A stretch of DNA of 46,343 nucleotides from assembly GCF_001194135.2 (NCBI RefSeq), contig NC_068983.1:2261572-2307914 (forward strand), read 5' to 3'. A program made the position numbers and the translations under genes. The notes beneath the pieces are model-generated. The model made no database searches, was not told where the DNA came from, and saw only the letters and a program-made list of their open reading frames with translations. Shown here piece by piece: positions 1 through 12,500 of this stretch (positions within the stretch are counted from its first letter, which is position 1; each line of letters starts with the position of its first letter). The DNA is from Octopus bimaculoides (lineage: Eukaryota).

Positions 1-277
1 ACCAGGAAACCCCAAAATGGCTGAAGTCCAAAAGATAGTGCTCATGGGAACTGCCCATATCCTACGTAAAATACTGTCTATGTGATCTCAAATTTTAAAG
101 CAAACACATAATTTTCTTATGGTTTCTTAAACATTCACTTGAACAAAACTGTACAAATCCAAATATATGGTACCCTAGGCATAACACCTACATGAACTTC
201 TAACTTGTTGTCTCTTGAGGTCTCTGGGTGAGACTTGGATCCAACTTGTACAAATGCAAAACAAAAGTCAAACATAA

Positions 278-337
<60 letters not shown>
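1..337 (+). mobile_element. 3' end of an RLE-type (R4/Dong-like) non-LTR retrotransposon: ORF C-terminus, 3' UTR and (AAT)n tail
   Basis: Positions 2-85 translate PGNPKMAEVQKIVLMGTAHILRKILSM*, the same C-terminal motif as the RLE ORFs at 8692 and 10494. A ~190-bp UTR and an (AAT)n tract at 278-337 follow. Confidence 0.85.
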
Positions 338-338
<1 letters not shown>

Positions 339-499
339 TTAATGGTGATAATAATACTAAAGGGATAACTATAATTTTGAGATTGACGTTTGGATGTTAA
401 GTATCGTGGAAAAAGACTCTGCGATATCCTTGAGAAATGGTTTTTGCCCGCTCTTCCAGAATAAGCAAGAGCAAGAATTCTGAGCAATGAGATAAAAAT

Positions 500-500
<1 letters not shown>

Positions 501-565
<65 letters not shown>

Positions 566-567
566 TA
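501..567. repeat. (AAT)n microsatellite
   Basis: Direct reading. Confidence 0.97.
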
Positions 568-1389
568 GAAAAAGAAAGTCAAGTGAACACAAAAAATACA
601 GAAAAATTTTGGAGTGCTGAGAAGAATTACAAATGAAGACGTATAGAATTCTTTAAGAGCTGAAATTAAAAGCTAATTGGGTGTGAATTAGATTCCTGAA
701 ATATTTCTTCCTTCATTAATATGCAGGAAAAAATCATGTAAAGTTGAGCATGGAAACTTAATTAGTAGTGAATAAGTGCTGTCTTGATAAAATGTAGTTT
801 CTGTGAATAATTATGTTAAACGGTATAACAATGAAGTGATTGTCCTTGGTGAATAGAAAAACAGATTGGTTAGAATAAAAATTTCAATGAAGTATGAAAC
901 CAAATTGGTTAGAAACCAGAAGTCACATTGAAGAATATGGAATGTAATTTCTGTTGCGATTTTCATCATTAGAAAATCGAGCAATCACAGACTGGCAGAT
1001 TTAATTTCATCAAACAAGCTATATCAGAAGAGATACCGGTGTTGTTTTTGTTGCTGTTGTTTAAACACAGGTCAAGTATCGCTGAAGATACGAATGATCA
1101 AGTAATTCCAGTCATGATCATTTAGTGATTTTAGTGTAATGTAGAACTAAGGTATCTCTTCTGAACTTTGTTGGTGAATGTAAGAAGAATATGCGTGATA
1201 TACTTTTGTAGACCAAGCTGCGCCTTAAATGTTTCTTCCTCCACACAATATGTATTTGGTGTGCCCAGTGCCAGTGAGAATTAAACACCAATGCAAACAG
1301 AAAATGAACCTGACAAATGATTAGAAAGATGGCAATTAAAATGTATAGATTAAGGTAAGATTAATCAGGTGAAAATATGTTCAATCGGT

Positions 1390-1520
1390 AGAGAGGCATG
1401 GTCCAGTGTTCCGATTGTTGAGCTGAAGATAGTAAGTTTGTGGTTTCGAGTACCGGAGTGGGCGTGAGTAGTCTCCTTGAGCAAGGCACATTAGTTGACC
1501 TTTTGCAAGTCCACTTAAAT
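1390..1520 (+). mobile_element. Degenerate tRNA-derived SINE head
   Basis: A-box-like TGGTCCAGTG, B-box-like GGTTTCGAGTACC, then CCTTGAGCAAGGCAC, a core also seen in the SINEs at 19405 and 26935. Confidence 0.5.
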
Positions 1521-2261
1521 ACGCTTAAAGTAATCATCAGTCTGACTCTGGTGTAGCCGCTCTCCCTCTTTCTCCCCCTCCCTCTTTACTCCCTCTCTCA
1601 CTCCTGTTACATCCCTGATGTACAGTCGATCAAGGACAGATGGAGTGAGAGCGTGCGTTTATGTCTGTTCGTGGTTATGAAGCCACCGAAAATAACAAGT
1701 GAACCAGCGGTGCATGTTACCAAATCCTACTTACTTGTGACTCGTGGCTGCTAGTAGGAATACATTATCGCATGTGGATATAAATCTAGGGCCAAATCTA
1801 TTTCTCTCAATAACCGGCACGTCTTTAACTTGTATATTAAGTATTCAATATTCAATATGGACGTCTGTTTTTCATTCTAAATTTCTTTGTTTCAGGAGAA
1901 TTTTACAGATCAGCTGGTCGGAACAAAAGTCAAAGACGCCTCAACTGAGAAAGTGCACGCGTACAGATGCTAAGCTGCTGTGATATGTGAAGTTGGAAAA
2001 GTGTTTAGAAAGGTAGAGTTCAGATTTATATAACGAAGTGAAAACTCTAAATTCTGCCCCTCTTCATCCGTCACTTGGTTACTCTTCCCGAGGAACATTA
2101 ATCATCTCCATCTCACCGATTTCGGACGACCAGGAAAGGTTCTAACGCATCACTTTTTCATAGAATAAACAAATTTAAAGCAAAAAAAAAAAAAAGAAAT
2201 CATCTCAGCAATAGAAGTGACGACATTTTTTATGATCGTTCAGTCATTCAGAGAGTGATGA

Positions 2262-2345
2262 CATGGGCTCATGCAGTTAAGGTGTTGGGCTGACAGCCAT
2301 GGGTTCGATTCTTAGACCGGGCTACGCAAGGCACATCTTTTCTTC
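2262..2345 (+). mobile_element. Degenerate tRNA-derived SINE head
   Basis: GCAGTTAAGGTGTTGGGCT...GGGTTCGATTCT...GCAAGGCAC. Confidence 0.4.
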
Positions 2346-2698
2346 ATAAGATAAACTGATCACCAGATTATTAGAGGTGCAGCCCTCATTTCCTGCAAAT
2401 GTTACACCCTCGTTGTTCCACTGTGGCAAGGGCGGAGAGGGTGTAGAATGTCAAGACGGCCGAGAAGTTCTGTCAGATTAAAATATATCGAAATTCATAA
2501 ATAGGTAGACAGAAAGACTGAAGGCAAAGATAAGTTAATCTGGTGATCTCTCAAGTCGAAGCTTGTGTTCCTGTAGCAGCCTGAAAATTGCTCTACTTTA
2601 ATCTGTTTGGAATCCCAGGAAACTGCGGTCGTTACATCTGTTCCTCTTTGCCACATTAATTTCTTTTCCTAGTTTTTTTCCAACACCTCAGGTGAATT

Positions 2699-2851
2699 TT
2701 ACTACTACCACTACTACTATTACTACTACCACTACTACTACTAGTACTACTACTACTACTACTACTACCACTACTACTACTAGTACTACTACTATGACGA
2801 CGACGACTGCTGCTACTACTACTACTACTACTACTATGACGACGACGACTG

Positions 2852-2915
<64 letters not shown>

Positions 2916-2916
2916 A
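2699..2916. repeat. Compound (ACT)n/(ACG)n/(ACC) trinucleotide microsatellite
   Basis: Direct reading; explains the poly-T and poly-S ORFs at 2656-2961. Confidence 0.97.
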
Positions 2917-3717
2917 CATGTAGCATTTTATTCTTCTGCCTATCGACTTTTACTGCCGTAACCTCGATAGTGGTTGCAACTAGTATTCTGGGTGTCTTCT
3001 ATATCCGCCTCATTGGATTCCACGTTCAGATATATATGTTGTTAAATGTCGAGCAGTAAAACATTTAACAGATCACAAAAATATGTTGTCATAAAACCAT
3101 TCAATAGCGCCAATAATCCTATAATTTAGTTGAATTAATAATGAGCAGGTTGAAACAAGTTTGTCACTGGTAATTCTAGAAATAATAGTTAGTAATAATT
3201 GAATTCTTTTTTGAATAGCCAGCGCAGAATCGAGTGAAAATAGACATAACTCGTACAAAGCAAGTAGCTACTTGCACCAAAACATCACAATCCTGAGCGA
3301 ATATAACTTGGAAGACATATAATAATCTAATCACTAGCCCAGTATTGAAGGCGTTGATCATATTTCCAATTTCTTGTTTGCTTAAGCAGTTCGCACGAAA
3401 CTGTAAAACTAGAAATAAATTTCAATAAATTCTTACGGTGATAGGAAGTATTCGCTAAAGAAGGAGAAATTATTGATTCTCAGCAGAAGGGAAGCCTGAA
3501 ATTCTAAATTATTTTATGGAATCGCTGGTTTCTTAGCTCTTCGACAAGTTGAGTAATCATTTGAAAAGTATACTTTTACCAGAGAATTGGAAATGTTGCT
3601 AGGACGCGTTCTATGTCTATAAGGGGTAGTCATTGGCAAACTCTTCTGTTACTGGAGATAAAAACTAAAACCACAAATATGCATGGATTGGTCATTTGTA
3701 TTACAAAAAGGGTTTAA

Positions 3718-3941
3718 CCCATCAAATCCCAGAGTACTTCAATTTCTGAATACTAGTTTTTAAATTTTTACAGATGATTGAAAATAGGTTCAAATGGAAA
3801 AATTAATTAATAAAACTCCTTTACTTCAAGTAGGAATGGAAATACTCGGTGTCCTATAAATAGGACACAGAGACAATGTGATATAGCTTATTTAATGTTC
3901 CCATTTACTGTCCTATTTATAGGACAATGGGATTTAATGGG
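3718..3941. mobile_element. piggyBac-type MITE (224 bp)
   Basis: TTAA (3714-3717) CCCATCAAATCCCA ... TGGGATTTAATGGG TTAA (3942-3945): 14-bp TIR with one mismatch, CCC/GGG termini and a TTAA target duplication. Internal near-palindromes TGTCCTATAAATAGGACA and TGTCCTATTTATAGGACA. Confidence 0.85.
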
Positions 3942-4989
3942 TTAATAATCGTATGGGACAGTTGGTGAACAGAGTGACGACTTTAATGTCTTCTCAGCTC
4001 AGTCAAATTATAAAACATCATTAGAATTGCAAAATAAAATGATGTCAAAACTAGAAGTCTTGTTCCTATCAGCTAAAGAAATAACTTGTCTCACCATACT
4101 TTTGAGGATTTCTGAATTTACAAACTTGTCCGTTTAAATACAGGAGTCAATTTGCTTCATTTGTGACCGACAAACTCGATGCGCTCGCCTCAATTCAGAC
4201 ACCAGTATGAGACATCGTGGAGATATATAACTAACAATGGACAACAAAATTGTGTGGGCTTAGATTAAAGTACAGCAACTACCCCAAGAAGTACCAAATT
4301 ACCGATGTGTTTAAAGTATGTTAGATTTAAATAAATGAGATAAATGTACAGTACAAAGCTACAGAATACAAATGGATTCTTAGGTGTAGTAAATACTGAT
4401 ACACGTCACAATAATAAAGAATAAAATCATTAAATACTATTTTATGAGAGGGACATTTAAACCTAACTCAATACTATAAAATTGTAATATTGTTTGCTAC
4501 AGGAATCAAACAAGTATTAAAAATACACTGATTCACTGGGATAAATTGAAGACTGAACAAAACATCGATCTTAAATGAGAGAATCGGGGAAATATTTATC
4601 ACATTCCTGATCTTCTATTCTAATGCAAACCAGTTGCGAAGAGACATTACCGATTAACTCAGAATTCCCACTGGAATTGGTTTTACTATTCTCAGTGACT
4701 CTTGAATGATTAAAAAGGCTTTTGTTTCTACCTTGTACAGATTGCCAATTTCCCGGACCTCACAACGTGCCGCCGGATCATTTCGTTTCCCTACAATGTT
4801 GTGGAACAAACTGAATTTGAACCTTTCACTCGTGTTCATTTTTCTCTTTCGAAATCCATCTTGTATATATCTGGCAAAACTCATCCAGACTCTCTTTCTT
4901 CATTCCACGACAAACATATCTCGCGTGAAAACTTTCAGTCACTTCACGCCGACAAAATCACCAGTCCTCAATCATCACCAAATTCTTTA

Positions 4990-5385
4990 AACTTAATCCC
5001 TCTACACTAAACTATCCTGAGATTTGGAAGAATGGTCATGCAGTGCTTTTCGTTACCAAGAAGAGGTAACTCCTTGGCGCTCTCCATTTGTCGGCCTATT
5101 GCAATACTTCTCAAAATCTCAAAGTTGTTCATAAACTTTCATGTCCAGTACCTCTCCCTCAGTGCGGTTTCTGACAAACCGTATCATATCATAATCTATC
5201 GTACCCCGTAACTCTCTACTATAGTATTATCACGTCAGAAAAAGTTGCTTCTGTGTGGTCTAAGAACTTCCTGACCAAACTGTCTTTCCAGAAACTCCAT
5301 TCTTCTGCGATCTTCATTGTTTTCACTTTACAATGTACACTGACAGGACTGTTTTCCTGACACGCACTCTATAGACTTTGATAAG
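4990..5385 (+). mobile_element. Possible LINE apurinic-endonuclease remnant
   Basis: Broken motifs LPRRGNSLALSI, HIIIYRTP and KKLLLCG resemble APE GGGVA / YRPP / GDFN segments; lies just upstream of the RT remnant on the same strand. Confidence 0.35.
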
Positions 5386-5390
5386 CTCCA

Positions 5391-5425
5391 GGTTTGGTTT
5401 GGTTTGGTTTGGTTTGGTTGGGTTC
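5391..5425. repeat. (GGTTT)n pentanucleotide repeat
   Basis: Direct reading. Confidence 0.9.
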
Positions 5426-5599
5426 GATTGGGTTACCCACATTCTTCTTCTTGTACACAAACGACCGATTTGCAAACATTTGTGAGATGGTTACATCCTT
5501 AAGCGACTACATCACTAGCGTTTAAGTTGCTTTGTTAACGCCAGACGCCTCGCACTAAATCTTCACTGTTTCCATAGACAGAGGCTTGGGAAACATCTC

Positions 5600-6253
5600 T
5601 TCTCCACTGAAAGCAAATAAAGCGGCCTCTTTTCAACAACTGAAAATGTATAACAACCATACGATCTCCTACCTCACTATGTCTAATGTTCGACAATAAG
5701 CAACAAGAACCCTTACAATTATTTTAAATTCTAAGATTGATATCAGTGGCGGCCGTTCTTCATTCTTGCACATAGGTGATATTTCGAAACTTGTAGTCCA
5801 AAGACTTGCCTTACTCTTCAGAACCAGACAATATTTCAGCTTCGAACAATTGCTGTCCACTTCCAAAATGCTCGTAAGACCGATCCCACATTCGGGATGG
5901 CGCTGTTGTTAAGTACACAAATAGCTGAGACGCCATCGGAAACAGTTTTCAGAGGAATCGACAAAAACACAATCACAATACACCAACACCTCTCACCCAC
6001 AGACATGCTCTGTCCTGTCTGTGTCAATAATCCCATTACTACAAAAGCATTTGCTAATCTGATAAAACGCGTTGCATTCTACCTCCTCCCTCGTCTACAT
6101 CTGTTTGCCTCTAGCCTCACGTTTAGTACCTGAATAACCACTTATTGTAATCGTTCTTCCTCGGAACCTCCTGACCACTTTTCTTTAATGCCTTGATTGC
6201 TTTCCTGCAGACGTTAACCTCGAGATTTTCGAGCTAAACGTTAATTGCAATGA
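5600..6253 (+). mobile_element. CR1/L2-group LINE, degenerate C-terminal part of the RT ORF
   Basis: Frameshifted translation SKLVVQRLALLFRTRQYFSFEQLLSTSKMLVRPI ... SFF..TS ... ADVNLEIFELNVNC matches the typical post-RT C-terminus of CR1/L2-like LINEs. Confidence 0.7.
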
Positions 6254-6849
6254 AGTCACCAAAATAGTTGACCCAACAAAAGATTACAGCTGCTGCTCTG
6301 TTTACAATCTGGGATACAAAATGTTAGAAACCAGCAGTATATTTCGAAAAATTCTTTGAAGCAAGTAAACGTTGAACGATTCCTAGATTAAGAGAGCATG
6401 CGATAAAGGAAGGCTTTTTCGAAATATAATTAAAAGATAAATATAAGCTAGAAGTTAATTTGAGGGAGATAAAAGATTGAGGAGGAAAATCTTCCCCGCA
6501 CCACACACACAAAAAATAATGCTTAAAAAATAAAACAGAAAATGACAATGCAAAAGAACAATACTATGAATTTAGTTGTTGCGATACTGAGCAGAGAATA
6601 GGAAATCGATGACGTAAGACAGCAATAGATGGTTTAAGTACACAAAATCAATTATTAACCATACGAACCATTAGTAAAATATACAACAAAATGATAAAAC
6701 AAGAACCTAAATTTAACAGAAGCAGGTAACAATATATTTCTGATTTAGATTCTCTAAAGACATAATATGTCCATAAATGGCGTATGAAGCATTCTGGTGC
6801 TGATATATCCAAAGATGTGAGATGGAGATTCATGGGTTTAGCGAAATAT

Positions 6850-7062
6850 CTTTTACTTGTTTCAGCCACAAGACTGTGGTCATGCTGCGAAAAAGCCTTG
6901 GACAGCTTTTTAGTCTGATTAATTGACCCCAATACGATTTAATAAACCTGCTACTCTTTGCCAGATCACTAAGTTACGGGACGTAAACATATCAACAGTG
7001 GTTTTCAAGCAGCGCTGAGGGACAAGCACAAACACAAAGCCCCCCCCACACACACACACACA
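6850..7062 (-). mobile_element. SINE family 1, 3' half, degenerate
   Basis: Aligns by eye to 19980-20190 (TTTCAGCCA..GACTGTGGTCATGCTG...AAGTTACGGGACGTAAAC...GGACAAGCAC). Confidence 0.7.
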
Positions 7063-7965
7063 TAATGCATGTGTGTGTGTGTGTGTGTGTGTTTATGTAC
7101 CAGCATTGCAGTGAAAGAAGAAAGAACAATTGGATATGAAACGTGAGAAGAGACACCAGCTCTTCATTACGACTTTCCCAGGGTTGAAGTAAAATTTAGT
7201 GAGAAGAAAATCAAGTGTCGCTGAGACGAAGTTTGCATTTTTGCCACGAAAGATCCTCACTTATAATGAACCTTACCAAATAGTGCAGCCGTATGGCTGG
7301 CTCCTTGGTACATGCCACTCCTTCCAACTGAGATGAAATATGATGGCGATTTCTTCATATTTACAATTTTTTCTTTTTTTCTTTTTTTGCTGTGGCTGAA
7401 GTTAAGATTGATATGAATTTATTGGAAGAAATGTGTGTAACCTTTGTCCATGGGGTCAGTAGATATTCTCTGTAGGGTTTCCATTCTGCATGCGGATGGT
7501 ACTTCGCTGCTGGGGCTGATATAACACGTGCATATTTGTGCCTTCGTGAGTACACCACTGCGTTCCCATTTCAGTTGACCTTACCGCTAAACGTAGCATA
7601 TTTCGTTATCCAGTATTTCCTTCCACTCAGCACGATAAGAATTCAGGCAATGCAAACACTGTCAGTATTGCACTTATTTTCTAATCACAGTTGACGGAGA
7701 CACGCAGTTGTCATTGTGGTACATTTATCGACATGTCTGAACATTCACAATAATCTATACAGCATTTATAACGTATTTCTCGTTTACTCAAAAACATTTA
7801 ACAGACATAGACAAAAGCAGAAGGTGAGATCTGAACGTAATTATATTGCACTCTATGTACACAGATGGAGAAGAAGAGTGAAATATGAGATGTACAATCC
7901 GTCCAAACTTGAAGGGAGTTTAATAATATAACATGTATGTAGACAATTACGTTTGATTTTATAAT

Positions 7966-8385
7966 TATTATTGAGTGAGAGAGCAGTGCACGCCATCAAA
8001 GTGACACTGGGGTAAAATATACGAAGCCCATTATACCCATCATGACTACTCGTCTGATAAGGGTACACCAGGCTCATGTATCACAACCATATGTGCGCGA
8101 CATGGTGATCTCATATCAAGATAAACAGCGCATGACCTCGCAGGTGGGGCCCAGTTAGAATTTTCTTCAGGTCGAGTAGCCCATCCCGCTCAAAAGGTCC
8201 CTGAATAAGGGTTATTTCAGGATGTTGAACAAAACACCCATGTTTCCAAAGGTGATTTATTCAAGCCCCAAAGAATTCTTCTCAAAACATGGCTATGATG
8301 TCGCCCCACTACTTCTGTTCGTGATCAGAGATGCACATATCGTCAGCCACTAAGGGATATGCTCAAATGACAAGCAAATCTGTGG
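7966..8385 (-). mobile_element. Interspersed repeat family 5 ending in an (AAT)n tail on the minus strand
   Basis: Second copy at 25604-25898 (GCCATCAAA..ACACTGGGG, GATCTCATATCAAGA, CTGAATAAGGG, GATCAGAGATGCAC); both copies start at an ATT triplet run. Confidence 0.75.
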
Positions 8386-8460
8386 TATTAACCAGAATAT
8401 TTGCTGTAGCCTATCTTTTATACCAAGACAAAACAATGTACATGATAACACTTCCAATCA

Positions 8461-9141
<681 letters not shown>

Positions 9142-10350
9142 TATGAAAACTCACATCTTATTGTGCTGGGTACGGTGGAATGTGTCAGCCGTCCAGAGCC
9201 AGCGGACGAAGGTGACACTTGTTTACTGTTCATATTTCAAGAACTCTGCCAAGAATTCTGGCAGTTCCAAGCAATGCTGATTTTTGTAGGCGTTCTACCT
9301 TCACACCTGCTTTTTCAGCAATGTTGGTAGTTGAGTGCTGATACTTCCAAGTGCACCATTTACTATTGGTATCTACTCTCTTCATTGAACACAACCTTCG
9401 TTTACCAACCCCAAATCGTCATAGCTGCTTATTTTGTCTTCTTTCACATTGATCTTCTTGTCACCAGGACATGTTATGTCAATTATCATGTATGTTTTTT
9501 CTTCTTTATTCACCACAACACAACAATGCCCAGTTTCCGATGTCTGGTCGGTTGATCGCATTGAATCATTGCATCCCACACGATTTTGCAATCTTCGTTG
9601 TTGGTGACTCCTTCTGGAGTTTGCTCATACCACGTTTTTGCTCTTTGTTGGCCGTGATTTCCACAGAGCTCCCAATGGATCAATCATGCCACATTGTCAT
9701 GGTGTTTGTATTCGCGTTCTGCCAATTTCGGGCATTCGCTAACGATGTGCCATACCGTTTCACCCCTCTCGCCACACATTCTGCATTATCGCTATCGGTA
9801 GCGTTGTCTATTCTGCACTTCATACAGTTGGTCCTTAATGCTTGTTCCTGATCTGCGCATATGAATGCTTCTGTCTCTATCTTCAGGTCACTCCCCCTCA
9901 TCCATAACCACCGGTCCTCTGTATCTGTCTTGGTGTTCTCATCTCTTGTAAACTGACCGTACATTTTGTTTACCTTACATGCTTTTACTATGTTTTTTTG
10001 TTTTGTTTTGTTTCTTTTTCTTTTTATTATTTCTTGTTTAAAATTTTTCTTTCATTACACAATTTTCAGAATTGATTACGCCAGTCTTCTTCGTGTGTTT
10101 CATCGGCGGTTACACTCTTAGGGTTGAAGGCTCCGTGTACTCTCAACATTTTCCTGGTTTTGGTATCCATTTTCTTCACTCTTCTCTTTTGCCATTTTAT
10201 TATTCCTGCTCAGCTCATCTGTGAGAGAAAATGCCCAGCAAAATGGATGTCGATAAACGGTGTGATCGGACTGGAATCAATGGTGAATGTACCGCACCCA
10301 GCAGGTGAGCCACCGTGCAGCAGGGTGGCCCCGGTAGCAATCTAGCAAAG
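9142..10350 (-). mobile_element. R4/Dong-like element B, degenerate (RT thumb remnant, CCHC knuckle, RLE, 3' UTR)
   Basis: Frameshifted pieces GIIKW...MDTKTRKMLRVHGAFNPKS, MYGQF...DLKIETEAFICADQEQALRT, CGERGETVWHIVSECPKLA, IIDITCPGD, LQKSALLGTARILGRVLEI* (stop 9230-9232). Confidence 0.88.
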
Positions 10351-10396
10351 TTATTATATTATTGTTATTATTATTATTAATATTATTATTATTATT

Positions 10397-11096
10397 CAGT
10401 AGTTTTATTTTTATAACGTGCTTTCACTTCACTACCGAGCGCAGCTCTGTGCGCCTTGGGTATGTGCTGTGGTTTGCTGTGGTGCTCTTATGTTTACTGT
10501 ATTGAAAGTGTTTTGCGTAGAATGTGTGCAGTACACAGTAGTGCAATTTTCTGTATGTTATATATATTTGTAAGTCCTGCTATTTTTGTTATGTATTTGT
10601 CTGAATATTTTTTTATTATACCTAAGGCACCTACTATGATAGGAATTGTTTCTGTTTTTAGATTCCACATTCGAGTTATCTCTATTTCCAGGTCTTTGTA
10701 TTTTGAAAGTTTTTCCATTTCTTTTAGAGAAACGTTGTCATCTGCTGGTATTGATACATCAATTAGAAAGCATTTTTTTTCTTCATGATCTTTGACAACT
10801 ATATCTGGTCTATTTGCCTTAATTTCTCTATCTGTGTGTATTGGCATATCCCAGAGTATGGTTGCTTTCTCGTTTTCTGTGACCTTTTCTGGCGTGTGTT
10901 TATACCATCTTTTTTCTGTTGTTATTCCATAGTGTTGGCATAGCTTCCAGTGTATATAGGTCCCAGCTCTGTCGTGTCTGTGAATATATTCCTTCTTAGC
11001 CAGGACTGGGCAGCCAGAGATAATATGATTTATTGTTTCTTGTCGATCTCCACATATTCTACAGTTACTTGTTATATTTCTTTTCATTATGTGTTT
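10397..11096 (-). mobile_element. R4/Dong-like element C, 5'-truncated, uninterrupted 197-aa C-terminal ORF
   Basis: ORF 10494-11087: CRICGDRQETINHIISGC (Cx2Cx8Hx4C knuckle) and NRPDIVV...IDVSIP...EKLSKY (RLE). Flanked by (TTA)n at 10351-10396 and 11097-11226. Confidence 0.95.
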
Positions 11097-11162
11097 TATT
11101 ATTATTATTATTATTATCTCTATTATTATTATTATTATTATTATTGTTATTATTATTATTAA

Positions 11163-11207
<45 letters not shown>

Positions 11208-11226
11208 TATTATTATTATTATTATT
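11097..11226. repeat. (TTA)n microsatellite
   Basis: Direct reading. Confidence 0.97.
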
Positions 11227-11949
11227 GATGGTTTATAATGATGATGATAATAGAACGCTCAACAAAACCAGACTCTTTTCGTGTTATCCACAATACCACA
11301 CTCCACCAGCTCACTCTAAATTATTGTAAAATATTGATCGATACTTGCGCTCAATTAATTAAGATATTTTCTAATGAAACATTTCAAATATTAATTTGGG
11401 CCTCAGTTAGCATCATTTAATTATTATTCAAGTTTCGTAATAATCAGCTGGCTAATTTTATATGGGACATGAAACTTGGAGTTGTGAGTCGTAACCGAAT
11501 CAAATTTTAACTGTATAACACATTATAATGACAGTTCGGTTTTCTATGTACATAAATATGTGTGTATGCGCGCGTGTGTGAGCATATATATATATGTGTG
11601 TGTGTGTGTGTGCGTGTGTGTGTGTGTGTGTATGTGTGTGTGCCTATGTTGTGTGCATATATTTTCATTTAATGTATACACTATGAAGTTGTGAGCTATC
11701 AATCCTTTCATACATTACAGTAGTCGTCTAGGCACGCTTTTCATAACACACCCAGCGTCTCCAAGTAATCTTTAAACTACGATTACATAGAAACACAAGG
11801 AGTGTAATAAAAACGCATCTCCAGATCACAACTCTAACGATTGATACCAGTAGTTGCTTATAACTGTAAACTATGCTTATTAAATGATGTACCAGATGGG
11901 GTACTTATTCTGTTGAGTGAAAATATATAGGAAAGAGGATTTGAAAATG

Positions 11950-12500
11950 CAGAGGTCTTTTAAATATGTTTATTGACTTGACAAGTTTCACTTGCTTAAA
12001 AAAAAAATTTCAAAAGTAAAGCGCAAGGCTATGTGTAGCCTTTCTGGTGTTCAAAATTAGTTAATATAGATATATTAAAATAGAGTGATAGAGTCTTTGA
12101 TAATTATAAGAAAATGTTAAGAGAGGCTTTGTGCTTAAGCAGTTGACATAAAAGTGTTCAAAATAAGCAGTAAAGTAAGTTCATCATTGTTTATAACTTC
12201 ATCAGAAATCAATATATATGCAGAAAGAATTTGTTGACAGTATTTGATAAGAGAAAGCTTGTATTGCTTTGTCAAAAGTTCATCAGAAACAATAATTGTT
12301 TAGAGGAATAACCAACGTTTTTTTCTTCATCTCCAGTCTTGTATATGTGTTTTGCAAGGATGGCTGCTATTTTTTGGAATCGTGCGGGAGGTTGGTTGGG
12401 AGCAATCACATGATCTGATTTCGAAGAGTATGTAGAATCCAAAGGAATTTTTTCGTTTCTGGACTAGTCTCTCATGGTTCGGTGGCTTTCCGACTGGTCT
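11950..12500 (-). mobile_element. Possible Penelope-like RT remnant
   Basis: Heavily broken translation including ISDEVINNDELTLLL and TRKATHSLALYF, the latter resembling the YRKPTHT-type motif of Penelope RTs. Confidence 0.35.

Noticed and set aside
200-592. 130-aa poly-Ile ORF, and similar poly-T/S/Y/L ORFs at 2656-2961, 8331-8606, 9025-9330 and 10950-11329
   Set aside because: Translations of trinucleotide microsatellites
1896-2012. Strong plus-strand acceptor TTTCTTTGTTTCAG|G with a weak donor
   Set aside because: Stops in all three frames; could be a UTR or terminal exon but there is no supporting evidence
7476-7545. Plus-strand 70-nt candidate exon GFHSACGWYFAAGADITRAYLCL with TAG|..|GTGAGT
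   Set aside because: No recognisable homology or partner exon; it cannot join the esterase frame because an in-frame TGA precedes the ATG
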